Shown here: piece after piece, positions 16,914 to 24,154 of the stretch
How the letters are laid out: each line of letters starts with the position of its first letter
How positions within the stretch are numbered: position 1 is the stretch's first letter
From: Deltaproteobacteria bacterium
GTDB lineage: Bacteria > Desulfobacterota > Anaeroferrophillalia > Anaeroferrophillales > Tharpellaceae
Length of the DNA stretch: 27,261 bases
Direction: 5' to 3'
Assembly: GCA_013153415.1 (NCBI GenBank)
Contig: JAADEO010000106.1
Location: forward strand, 1 to 27,261
Made by a program: the position numbers and the translations under genes
Notes under the pieces: model-generated
Seen by the model: only the letters and a program-made list of their open reading frames with translations
Databases searched by the model: none
What the model was told of the DNA's origin: nothing

Positions 16914-18185
16914 TCAGAGAGTCAAAATCAGCAATGGTCCGTCCGGGACCACGGCCCAGCGGGCTTGAGGTCCGTATTTGTGCAGCAGTTCGGATACCGC
17001 ATCTTCCACCGAGGTGATCGGTTTCAGGTGATAACGGCTGATCTCTTCCGGGCTCAGGCCGTCGCTGTAGAGCCAGACCGGGTGCTTGACGACCACCTGG
17101 TAGGTCTCTTGGGCGCACCACTGGTCGGCAATGAAGAATTCCCGTTTCATGAGCCGGTCCAAAAAATTTTCCGGGGTGTCGATCATCTCCAGGATCTTGA
17201 CGTATTCGGGGCTGCCGGCCCCTTCGCTGCACTGGCTGGCAATGATGATCTCTCCCCCCTCTCTGACTACCGGGGCGGCCCCGGTAATGCCTTTGACGGT
17301 CTGGTAGAGATTGCAGTCCAGGGGGGCGCCGGAGTTGCTGGTGACGATGAAATCCAAAGGTTCGTCAAGGGTACGCATGCAGTGGGGAGCCAGGAAACGG
17401 CAGCCTTCCAGGTGGGCCTGGACCGGATCCCCGGCGAAAACCCGGGTGATTCGCTTGCTGGTATCGAGAGTGACGTTGACAATGAAGTCGGCGCCGGCTT
17501 TTTCCATGACCTTGAGACCGGCTTCATGAAAAGGGTTGCCGGCGAGCTTGCCGTAGACCGTGCCGGGGTCGGCGATCATCTCCGGTCCGTGCATGTATTC
17601 GAGGGTTTCCAGGGATGATATGCCGGGGAGGATCGATTTGCGGCCCCCGGAAAAACCGGCCCACATGTGGGGCTCGATAAACCCGGTCAGGATCTTTAAC
17701 TCGGCATTCAGGTAGTGGCGGTTGACCTCGGCCTTGACTCCCGGGGCGATTTCATAGACCGGGACCATATCTTCGCGGTTTTTGGAGTAGTGGTTGATGA
17801 TCCGGTAGCTGGCCGCGATTTCGGGGCCGACCAGTTCTTCAAGCTCGTTTCCCAGGTTGGGACGGTGGATGCCGGTGGCAATCAGGATGGTGATCGCTTC
17901 CCGCCGGATACCGGCGTTTTCGATCTCCCGCAGAATGGGAGGCAGAATGACCGAGTTGGGGACCGGTCTGGTGATATCGCTGATGACGATGCAGGCGTTG
18001 TGGCGCTGGCCGGCGAGCTGGGCCAAGGCCGGCGCCGCGATCGGTTTTTGCAAAGCCTCTGCCACCGCGACTTCGGGTTGGTCCAGAGGTTCAGTCTCCT
18101 GGGGTCGGAGAATCCCCTGGAAACCCGGGGTTTCGGGGAGTTCAAGTGAAAGTCCTTGACGACCGTAGCTCAGTGTAACCCGCAT
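16914..18185 (-). CDS. larA: Nickel-pincer (NPN)-dependent LarA-family 2-hydroxyacid racemase/epimerase
   Basis: DITRP, ATGIHR, GFIEPHMWAGFSGGRKSILPG, MHG, LYQTVKG and DQW motifs cover the Asp/Arg, both catalytic His, both cofactor-linked Lys and the Ni-His equivalents. RBS GGAGG. Confidence 0.92.
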   Translation of the reverse strand: MRVTLSYGRQGLSLELPETPGFQGILRPQETEPLDQPEVAVAEALQKPIAAPALAQLAGQRHNACIVISDITRPVPNSVILPPILREIENAGIRREAITILIATGIHRPNLGNELEELVGPEIAASYRIINHYSKNREDMVPVYEIAPGVKAEVNRHYLNAELKILTGFIEPHMWAGFSGGRKSILPGISSLETLEYMHGPEMIADPGTVYGKLAGNPFHEAGLKVMEKAGADFIVNVTLDTSKRITRVFAGDPVQAHLEGCRFLAPHCMRTLDEPLDFIVTSNSGAPLDCNLYQTVKGITGAAPVVREGGEIIIASQCSEGAGSPEYVKILEMIDTPENFLDRLMKREFFIADQWCAQETYQVVVKHPVWLYSDGLSPEEISRYHLKPITSVEDAVSELLHKYGPQARWAVVPDGPLLILTL

Positions 18186-18372
18186 GGCGTTCCTCCCTGT
18201 TGCAGATCATTTGACGATTCAGCGCGATCCTTTCTGAAGTGCCGGTTCCTCAGTGGCGCTGAGTGGTTGCCAGATCGTTTGTCGTCCTGTCATCGGCTTT
18301 TATAGCATGCAATTGATCAAAGTAAATAGAATATTTTCCGGGTGGGGTAGGCGGTCTGGCGGATAAAACTGC

Positions 18373-18401
18373 TTGCTCCCGGCCGTCGGCGTGGTTATAA
18401 T
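18373..18401 (+). promoter_or_regulatory. sigma70 promoter upstream of rfbC
   Basis: TTGCTC-N17-TATAAT, 58 bp upstream of the start codon. Confidence 0.65.
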
Positions 18402-18459
18402 GCGATCGTTTGCGGGTTCTGATAGTTATGCGGCAATTTTGAAAAAAGGGTGGGGGTAA

Positions 18460-19011
18460 ATGGAATTCCAAACAACCGGGATCCCGGGTGTATGCCTGGT
18501 GAAACCCGATATCTACCGGGACCAGCGGGGGTTTTTCCAGGAAGTTTTCAACCGGCAGAGGTATGAAGCCGGGGGGATGGCTTTCGATTTCGTTCAGGAC
18601 AACATGTCGCGTTCCCAGCGGGGCACGGTCCGCGGGTTGCATTACCAGCTCAGGCAACCCCAGGGAAAGCTGGTTTTCGTTCTGCGGGGGGAGATTTTCG
18701 ATGTCGCGGTCGATATCCGTCGACAGTCACCGACCTTCCGGCAGTGGTTCGGCTGTCGTCTCAACGATGAAAACCGTCACCAGCTCTTTGTACCTCCTGG
18801 ATTTGCCCACGGTTTCATGGTTTTGAGCGAGGTGGCCGAAGTCTACTACAAATGTACTGATTTTTATCGTCCGGATGATGAATACGGACTTTTATGGAAT
18901 GATCCCGAAATCGCCATCGGGTGGCCGGATTGCGGCGAGGTCCTGCTTTCACCCAAGGACCTCGCCCAACCTACCTTGCGTACCGTTGATCCGGAGCATC
19001 TCCCGCTTTGA
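18460..19011 (+). CDS. rfbC: dTDP-4-dehydrorhamnose 3,5-epimerase (RmlC)
   Basis: DQRGFFQE, FVQDNMSRS, VRGLHYQ, QGKLV, DVAVDIR, VPPGFAHGF and YKCTDFY. Confidence 0.97.
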   Translation: MEFQTTGIPGVCLVKPDIYRDQRGFFQEVFNRQRYEAGGMAFDFVQDNMSRSQRGTVRGLHYQLRQPQGKLVFVLRGEIFDVAVDIRRQSPTFRQWFGCRLNDENRHQLFVPPGFAHGFMVLSEVAEVYYKCTDFYRPDDEYGLLWNDPEIAIGWPDCGEVLLSPKDLAQPTLRTVDPEHLPL

Positions 19012-20397
19012 TCAGTCCATGACCGTTTCGTAGCCCGCCGCCTTCCAGGTGCTCATGCCGCCGATAACGCTGTAGACATTTTTATAGCCCCGTTGCTTGA
19101 GAATCGAGGCGGCGATGTTGGAACGATAGCCGGACATGCAGATGACGCTGATGTGTTGTTCGAGATCCCGGCTGAAGCCCTGGTTGATGAGTTCCGGCAG
19201 CGGCAAATGCTCGGCGCCGGCGATATGGCCGCTTTCCCATTCCTGCTGGTTGCGGACATCAAGAACCAGATGGTTGCTGTACTTGTTGATAACGTGGTGG
19301 AGCGAATGTACCGTTATCTGGGGGAGGAAACCGGTCTCTTCGGCCTCCAGGATCCAGCTGCTCAGACCGATGATGCAGCCTTTGATCTGGTCATAGCCGA
19401 CCCGGCGGAACATGGTGGCGGCGCTGTCGATCTCCTGACGGTTGTTGCCCAACAGGAGAAGTTCGCTTTCCGGTTCGACGACGTTGCCGATCCAGGTGGC
19501 CGAATTGGGGGCCAGGCCGATATTGAGACTGCCGGGGATATGGGCTCCACCGAAAGCGGTAGCTTCCCGCAGGTCGATCAGCTTGCGGTCCCGGTTTTCA
19601 TTGAGAAACTGTTTGCAGGTGGTCGGTTTGTACTCGCTGATCTGCGGCAGTTCCTTGAGCAGTCTGGCACCCCGGATATTGGTGTTGATGATATGGGTGA
19701 AGTTGATCGGCCGATGCGGGGTGGTTTTGGTCAGTTCGGCCCGGAAGGCGTCGAAATCGAGCTTGAGAAAGGGATTGGTTTTGCGTTCGAAACCCAGGGT
19801 TGAAGAGGGTTTGGCGCTGATTCCGGCACCGCAGAGGGAACCGGCTCCGTGGGCCGGATAGACCTCGACGTAATCGGGGAAATCGGCCAGTTTGACATTG
19901 AGACTGTGGTAGGCGTTGTGGATCTGTTCTTCCAGCAGTTCGCCGCCGGCAAGATCGGGCCGGCCGATGCTGCCGACGAACAACAGGTCGCCGGTCAGAA
20001 GCATTTCCACGAAGTCACCCCGGGAGAGATCGGTAATCGCCAGCGAAATCGAATTGGGAGTATGTCCCGGAGTGGCAAGCACCCTGATCCGGGCATTGCC
20101 GATAACCATCTCGTCGCCGTCATTGAGCGGCATGTACTTGTACTCGACCGGTGAACCGGCTCCGAGGTGAATCGGAGCTCCGGTCTGGTAACTGAGTTCA
20201 GCGGCCCCGGAGACATGGTCGGCGTGGACGTGGGTTTCGATGATGCCGGTAATCTTCATCTTGTTGATGCGGGCGATCTGCAGATACTCGTCGATATCCC
20301 GCTTGGGATCGACCACGATGGCCCGGCCGTCCAGCGGGCAGCCGATCATGTATGAGAGACAACCGAGACCTTCCACTTTGAACTGTTGAAAAAACAT
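19012..20397 (-). CDS. MBL-fold persulfide dioxygenase + pseudo-rhodanese + rhodanese (CstB-like)
   Basis: ETHVHADH, TPGHT, TGDLLF and PAHGAGSLCG. The first rhodanese domain has no active Cys; the second has ICMSGYRS. RBS GGAGG. Confidence 0.9.
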   Translation of the reverse strand: MFFQQFKVEGLGCLSYMIGCPLDGRAIVVDPKRDIDEYLQIARINKMKITGIIETHVHADHVSGAAELSYQTGAPIHLGAGSPVEYKYMPLNDGDEMVIGNARIRVLATPGHTPNSISLAITDLSRGDFVEMLLTGDLLFVGSIGRPDLAGGELLEEQIHNAYHSLNVKLADFPDYVEVYPAHGAGSLCGAGISAKPSSTLGFERKTNPFLKLDFDAFRAELTKTTPHRPINFTHIINTNIRGARLLKELPQISEYKPTTCKQFLNENRDRKLIDLREATAFGGAHIPGSLNIGLAPNSATWIGNVVEPESELLLLGNNRQEIDSAATMFRRVGYDQIKGCIIGLSSWILEAEETGFLPQITVHSLHHVINKYSNHLVLDVRNQQEWESGHIAGAEHLPLPELINQGFSRDLEQHISVICMSGYRSNIAASILKQRGYKNVYSVIGGMSTWKAAGYETVMD

Positions 20398-20412
20398 CCT
20401 TCTACCTCCATC

Positions 20413-20427
20413 TCAGCATTTTGCTGA
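20413..20427. promoter_or_regulatory. Candidate operator palindrome upstream of the CstB-like gene
   Basis: TCAGCA-TTT-TGCTGA, immediately upstream of the RBS. Confidence 0.3.
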
Positions 20428-20561
20428 ATATCAACGGTGCATATTGGAAATAATACTTTTTAAGTCCAGTTTGTATTATGCTAAATCGGGGCGTCTGTCA
20501 AGGGATTTCAATCTCTGTTGCCGACAGCACCGAATCCCATTTTGACAGGTAGGAAAAAATC

Positions 20562-21524
20562 ATGTCGATAACTGGTCACGAAGCCTGTTTCGTCTGTCGC
20601 GAGCCATCGTGGTTTGAGGCGTTGCCGGCAGAAAACGGAGATACGGTTTCCGTAATCATGAATTTTGCTTCCCAGCACGAAGGCTGGCAGGGGATTCCGC
20701 ACGGCGGGGTGGCGATGACGGCGTTGCTGGATCTGGCCGATTACGCCGGACAATACAAAACCGGCGCCAATCTCGCTTATCCCCTGGCGACATCCTGGCG
20801 TTTTGGCGACACTGTCAGGATCGGGGAAAAGATGCTGCTCGAAGCCCGACCGAAAGAGATGGGAAGGTTTGATTTGAGCATGCGCCGTCTGCATACGGAA
20901 AAGATCTACCTGCAGGCCGAACTCAAAACGCAAGAGTCAGCTTTCGGGGTGGATTTCGAGCTGCCGCCAATTGACAGCCTGTTTGATCCGGCCACGGCGC
21001 ACCAACCTCTGGAGGTTTACGACAATTGCTTTGTTTGTGGTCGCAAACGCCGGCGACCGGGACTCGAGCGGCGTTTTTTCCGCAGTGGCACGGGAGTCGA
21101 GCCGGTGGTGGTGATGGTTCGTTTCGGGGATCAGCGGGACCGGGATAGAGGGCTTGCGGCCAATTTTCAGCAGGCTGAAGGGCGGCTCCATCCCGGTGTT
21201 CTGGCCGCTCTGTTGGATGAGCTGTGCGGCTGGAGCGGTGTTCTGGCCGGCGACCTTTACGGTTTTACGGTGCGTTTTCGGCTCAGAATAAATTTTTTGC
21301 CGGAGATTGGCGATGAACTGCTTGGCATCTCCCCCCAACCCCGGGTTCGGGGCCGGGGAGAGCGGATGTTCTACTACCCGTACGGAGTGATTTACCGCCG
21401 TACAAAAGCTGGTTTCACGGAAGTTGTCGCCGTGGCCGAGGGCCAGTGGCTGGCTCGGGAGGAGTTGCGCCGCCAGTTTGTCGCGACCCGCATCGAAGAG
21501 GATCTTTCCGGCATTGTTTTTTAG
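20562..21524 (+). CDS. Tandem (double) hotdog-fold PaaI-like thioesterase
   Basis: Two repeats, each with CFVC followed by HGG/HPG..LLD: HEACFVC..PHGGVAMTALLD and YDNCFVCG..LHPGVLAALLDE. Confidence 0.78.
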   Translation: MSITGHEACFVCREPSWFEALPAENGDTVSVIMNFASQHEGWQGIPHGGVAMTALLDLADYAGQYKTGANLAYPLATSWRFGDTVRIGEKMLLEARPKEMGRFDLSMRRLHTEKIYLQAELKTQESAFGVDFELPPIDSLFDPATAHQPLEVYDNCFVCGRKRRRPGLERRFFRSGTGVEPVVVMVRFGDQRDRDRGLAANFQQAEGRLHPGVLAALLDELCGWSGVLAGDLYGFTVRFRLRINFLPEIGDELLGISPQPRVRGRGERMFYYPYGVIYRRTKAGFTEVVAVAEGQWLAREELRRQFVATRIEEDLSGIVF

Positions 21525-21528
21525 TACC

Positions 21529-21573
21529 TATCAGAACCTATTCTGGTTTGGAAAACCAGAATAGGTTCTGATA
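21529..21573. repeat. Perfect 21-bp inverted repeat (bidirectional terminator or REP/MITE-like palindrome)
   Basis: TATCAGAACCTATTCTGGTTT-GGA-AAACCAGAATAGGTTCTGATA between convergent genes. Confidence 0.9.
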
Positions 21574-21647
21574 AGGTTTACTTATATGTGACCATCGAAA
21601 AAACCTATTTGAGAAAGCCCGTTTGGGTTGCGGGACTCATCCCCGCA

Positions 21648-22133
21648 TTAGGCGTTTTTGAAAACCTTGGCCGCGAGATCGATATCTTCGGGGCAGAAGA
21701 CGAAAAGGGTTTTGCCCTCAGCCGGGGGAACCGAGCCGTAGACGTAATGGATATTGATACCGGCGTCACCGATCTTGCGGGCCGTGGCGGCCAGGGTGCC
21801 GGGTTGGTTGTCGAGTTCGATCGCCATCACCGGGGTGATATCGTAGAGGTAATCGGCCTCGGTCAGCAGGTCGAGGCTCTTGTCGGTGTTGTCGGTCAGC
21901 AGGCGGACCAGGGCGAACTCCTCCGAATCCTTCTGAATCATGCCGTAGCTGGCGGCGGTAGCGTGCCGTTTGAGGGTTTTGCCGCGGGCCTTGAACAGCT
22001 CTTCGACATAGCTGGTGGCATCCTGAATGGTGATGGCGTCGATGTTGATCTGATGGCTGGCGAAGAGTTCCGTCAGACGGGCGAGTTCGCCGGGTACGTT
22101 TTTCAAAAAGAGGGTGATTTCAGTCCGGACCAT
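21648..22133 (-). CDS. Tandem ACT-domain protein (COG4747-like) with an insertion in ACT1
   Basis: EITLFLKNVPGELARL..INIDAI and MAIELDNQPGTLAATARKIGDAGINIHYVY. ATG at 22133 follows CAGGAG. Confidence 0.85.
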   Translation of the reverse strand: MVRTEITLFLKNVPGELARLTELFASHQINIDAITIQDATSYVEELFKARGKTLKRHATAASYGMIQKDSEEFALVRLLTDNTDKSLDLLTEADYLYDITPVMAIELDNQPGTLAATARKIGDAGINIHYVYGSVPPAEGKTLFVFCPEDIDLAAKVFKNA

Positions 22134-22275
22134 GTCGTGATCTCCTGATTGTGATTGGTTGTTTCGGTTTTGGCGAACCTTATTATGATCCACCCATGCT
22201 TGTCAAGAAGTTGATGGCTTCGTAAGAAATCGAAAGTTACGCGAAAACGGGTTGTATACGCAGGTAAATCGTCAT

Positions 22276-22322
22276 AAAAAAAGCCGGCCGCCCGGAAAAT
22301 AACTCCGTGCGGCCGGCTTTTT
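22276..22322 (-). terminator. Rho-independent terminator of hsp20 (likely bidirectional)
   Basis: A7-GCCGGCCGC..GCGGCCGGC-T5, 35 bp downstream of the hsp20 stop. Confidence 0.88.
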
Positions 22323-22357
22323 GGATTCTGCATGGTGGTGGTGAAACAGGTTGCCGG

Positions 22358-22819
22358 TTACTTGACTTCGATCTGAACCTTTTTCGGTTTGTTCTCCTCT
22401 TTCTTGGGCAGGATGACTTTCAATACACCCTTGTCGTAAGATGCGGAGATCTTCTCGCGATCGACGGTTACCGGCAGCTCGAAGGAACGCTGGAAACTGC
22501 CGTAGAAACGTTCCACCCGATGGTAGCTCTCTTTCTTCTCTTCCTTCTCGAGTTTGCGCTCGCCCTTGATCGTCAACATGTTGTTGTCAAGGTCGATCTG
22601 GATATCCTTCTCGTCCATTTCCGGCAGTTCCGCCTTGATGGTGATGGCCTGTTCATCTTCAAAGATGTCGACCAGCGGCCGCCAGGTGGTGGTGGCCAGG
22701 CTCTGATCATCTTTGAGCCCTAAAGTATCCTCGAAAAGAGTATTGATGCGATCCTGAATAGTCAACAGATCCTGGAACGGAGCCCAAGCCCGATTCGGTG
22801 TCCATTTTACAATAGCCAT
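22358..22819 (-). CDS. Hsp20/alpha-crystallin small heat shock protein
   Basis: WRPLVDIFED, AELPEM..DIQI, LTIKGERK, ERFYGSFQRSFELP and ASYDKGVL. RBS AAGGAGG. Confidence 0.96.
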   Translation of the reverse strand: MAIVKWTPNRAWAPFQDLLTIQDRINTLFEDTLGLKDDQSLATTTWRPLVDIFEDEQAITIKAELPEMDEKDIQIDLDNNMLTIKGERKLEKEEKKESYHRVERFYGSFQRSFELPVTVDREKISASYDKGVLKVILPKKEENKPKKVQIEVK

Positions 22820-22897
22820 AGTCTCTACCTCCTTGATTCTTAATGATATTTTCTGGCCGGCTCGGCTTTGCCGCCGACCTTTTTTGCTTTCAAACCA

Positions 22898-22926
22898 AGG
22901 ATAGGTACGGTATTTGCGGTTGTCAA
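22898..22926 (-). promoter_or_regulatory. sigma70 promoter of hsp20
   Basis: TTGACA-N17-TATCCT on the minus strand. Confidence 0.65.
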
Positions 22927-22960
22927 GGGTGGAAAAATGAAAAAATTCGGAGAAAGAGCC

Positions 22961-24154
22961 TCACTGAATTTCCAGGGCCAGCAGGGAGACATCATCGTTG
23001 CAGCCCCGGCCCGCGGTCCAGATTTCGAGCTTGTGGCAGACCTCTTCGAGACTCTCCGCCAGGGGCAGGGTCCGGGCCTGGTTGAGACACTCTTTAAGCC
23101 GTTCTACCCCGAACTGTTCATTTTGCGGGTCGGCGGCCTCGATGATGCCGTCGGAGTAGAAATAGAGACGTTCACCCGGCTGGAGTGAAAGTTCTTCCTC
23201 GTCGTAGACCTTGTCGACGTCGACCAGAAAGCCGATCGGCAGACTGCGCACCTGGAGGGATTCGGCGCTGCCGTCGGCCTTTAAATGAATCATCGGCGGA
23301 TGGCCGGCCGAGATGTAGGTAAGGAGCTTCTGCTCGATGTCGAGCTGGGCGTACTGGATGGTGAAATACTGCTCCGTGTTGCTGTCTAAAGGAAAACGCT
23401 GGTTGAGCTGGTTGGCGACCTCTTCCGGGGGCACCAGGCAGTAGCCCGGCTGGTCGGGGCACGGTCTCTTGAGCAGGTCGGACTGGCCCGGGTTGGGCGT
23501 CAGAATCCGGGAGAGGTTGACCGAGAGCAGGGCCGCCGGCACACCGTGGCCGCTGACATCGAGCAGGTAGAGGCCGATGTGTTTCTCATCCAGGTTGAAG
23601 ATGTTGAGGGTATCGCCGGCCAATTCGTCGCAGGGGTCGTATTTCCAGGCGAAAGCGACGCCTTCCGCTTCCGGCAGTTGGGTCGGGAGCAGGGACTGCT
23701 GGATGCGTGCCGCGGCTTCGAGGTCGCGGCGCATGCGCTCGTTGACTTTTTCCAGCTCCCGGTTGCGTTCGGCCAGGTCCCGTTCGAGATCGGTGATCCG
23801 GATGCCGACCTTGAGCCGGGCCATCAGTTCATCCTTGTCGAAGGGCTTGGTGATGAAATCGTCGGCCCCCGACTCCATTCCCGCCAGAATATCCTCTTTT
23901 TCGCTGCGGGCGGTCAGCAGAATCATGTAGACATAGCCGGGCCGGTCATAGGCGCGAATCCGGCGCAAAAGTTCGAGGCCGTCCATCTTCGGCATCATCC
24001 AGTCGCTGATGACCATCGGATAGTGCTCTTGCTGGAAATATTCCCAGGCCTCGGCCCCGTCTTCGGCGGTGGTCACCTCGTAACCCCATTTCTTCAGCCG
24101 GCTCTCCAGCAGCCGCCGGGAAACCCGCTCGTCTTCGGCAATCAGGATTTTCAT
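22961..24154 (-). CDS. Response regulator receiver + coiled coil + PP2C/SpoIIE phosphatase (RsbU/RsbP-like)
   Basis: AEDE, DWMMPKMDG (phospho-Asp), LLTA and KPF in the receiver. AGD, LDVSGHG, YSDGI and NDDVS in the PP2C domain. The start abuts the upstream stop (TAAATG). Confidence 0.94.
   Translation of the reverse strand: MKILIAEDERVSRRLLESRLKKWGYEVTTAEDGAEAWEYFQQEHYPMVISDWMMPKMDGLELLRRIRAYDRPGYVYMILLTARSEKEDILAGMESGADDFITKPFDKDELMARLKVGIRITDLERDLAERNRELEKVNERMRRDLEAAARIQQSLLPTQLPEAEGVAFAWKYDPCDELAGDTLNIFNLDEKHIGLYLLDVSGHGVPAALLSVNLSRILTPNPGQSDLLKRPCPDQPGYCLVPPEEVANQLNQRFPLDSNTEQYFTIQYAQLDIEQKLLTYISAGHPPMIHLKADGSAESLQVRSLPIGFLVDVDKVYDEEELSLQPGERLYFYSDGIIEAADPQNEQFGVERLKECLNQARTLPLAESLEEVCHKLEIWTAGRGCNDDVSLLALEIQ

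Noticed and set aside
22182-22206. TTGACA and CATAAT upstream of the ACT gene
   Set aside because: The spacer is only 13 bp, incompatible with a sigma70 promoter.
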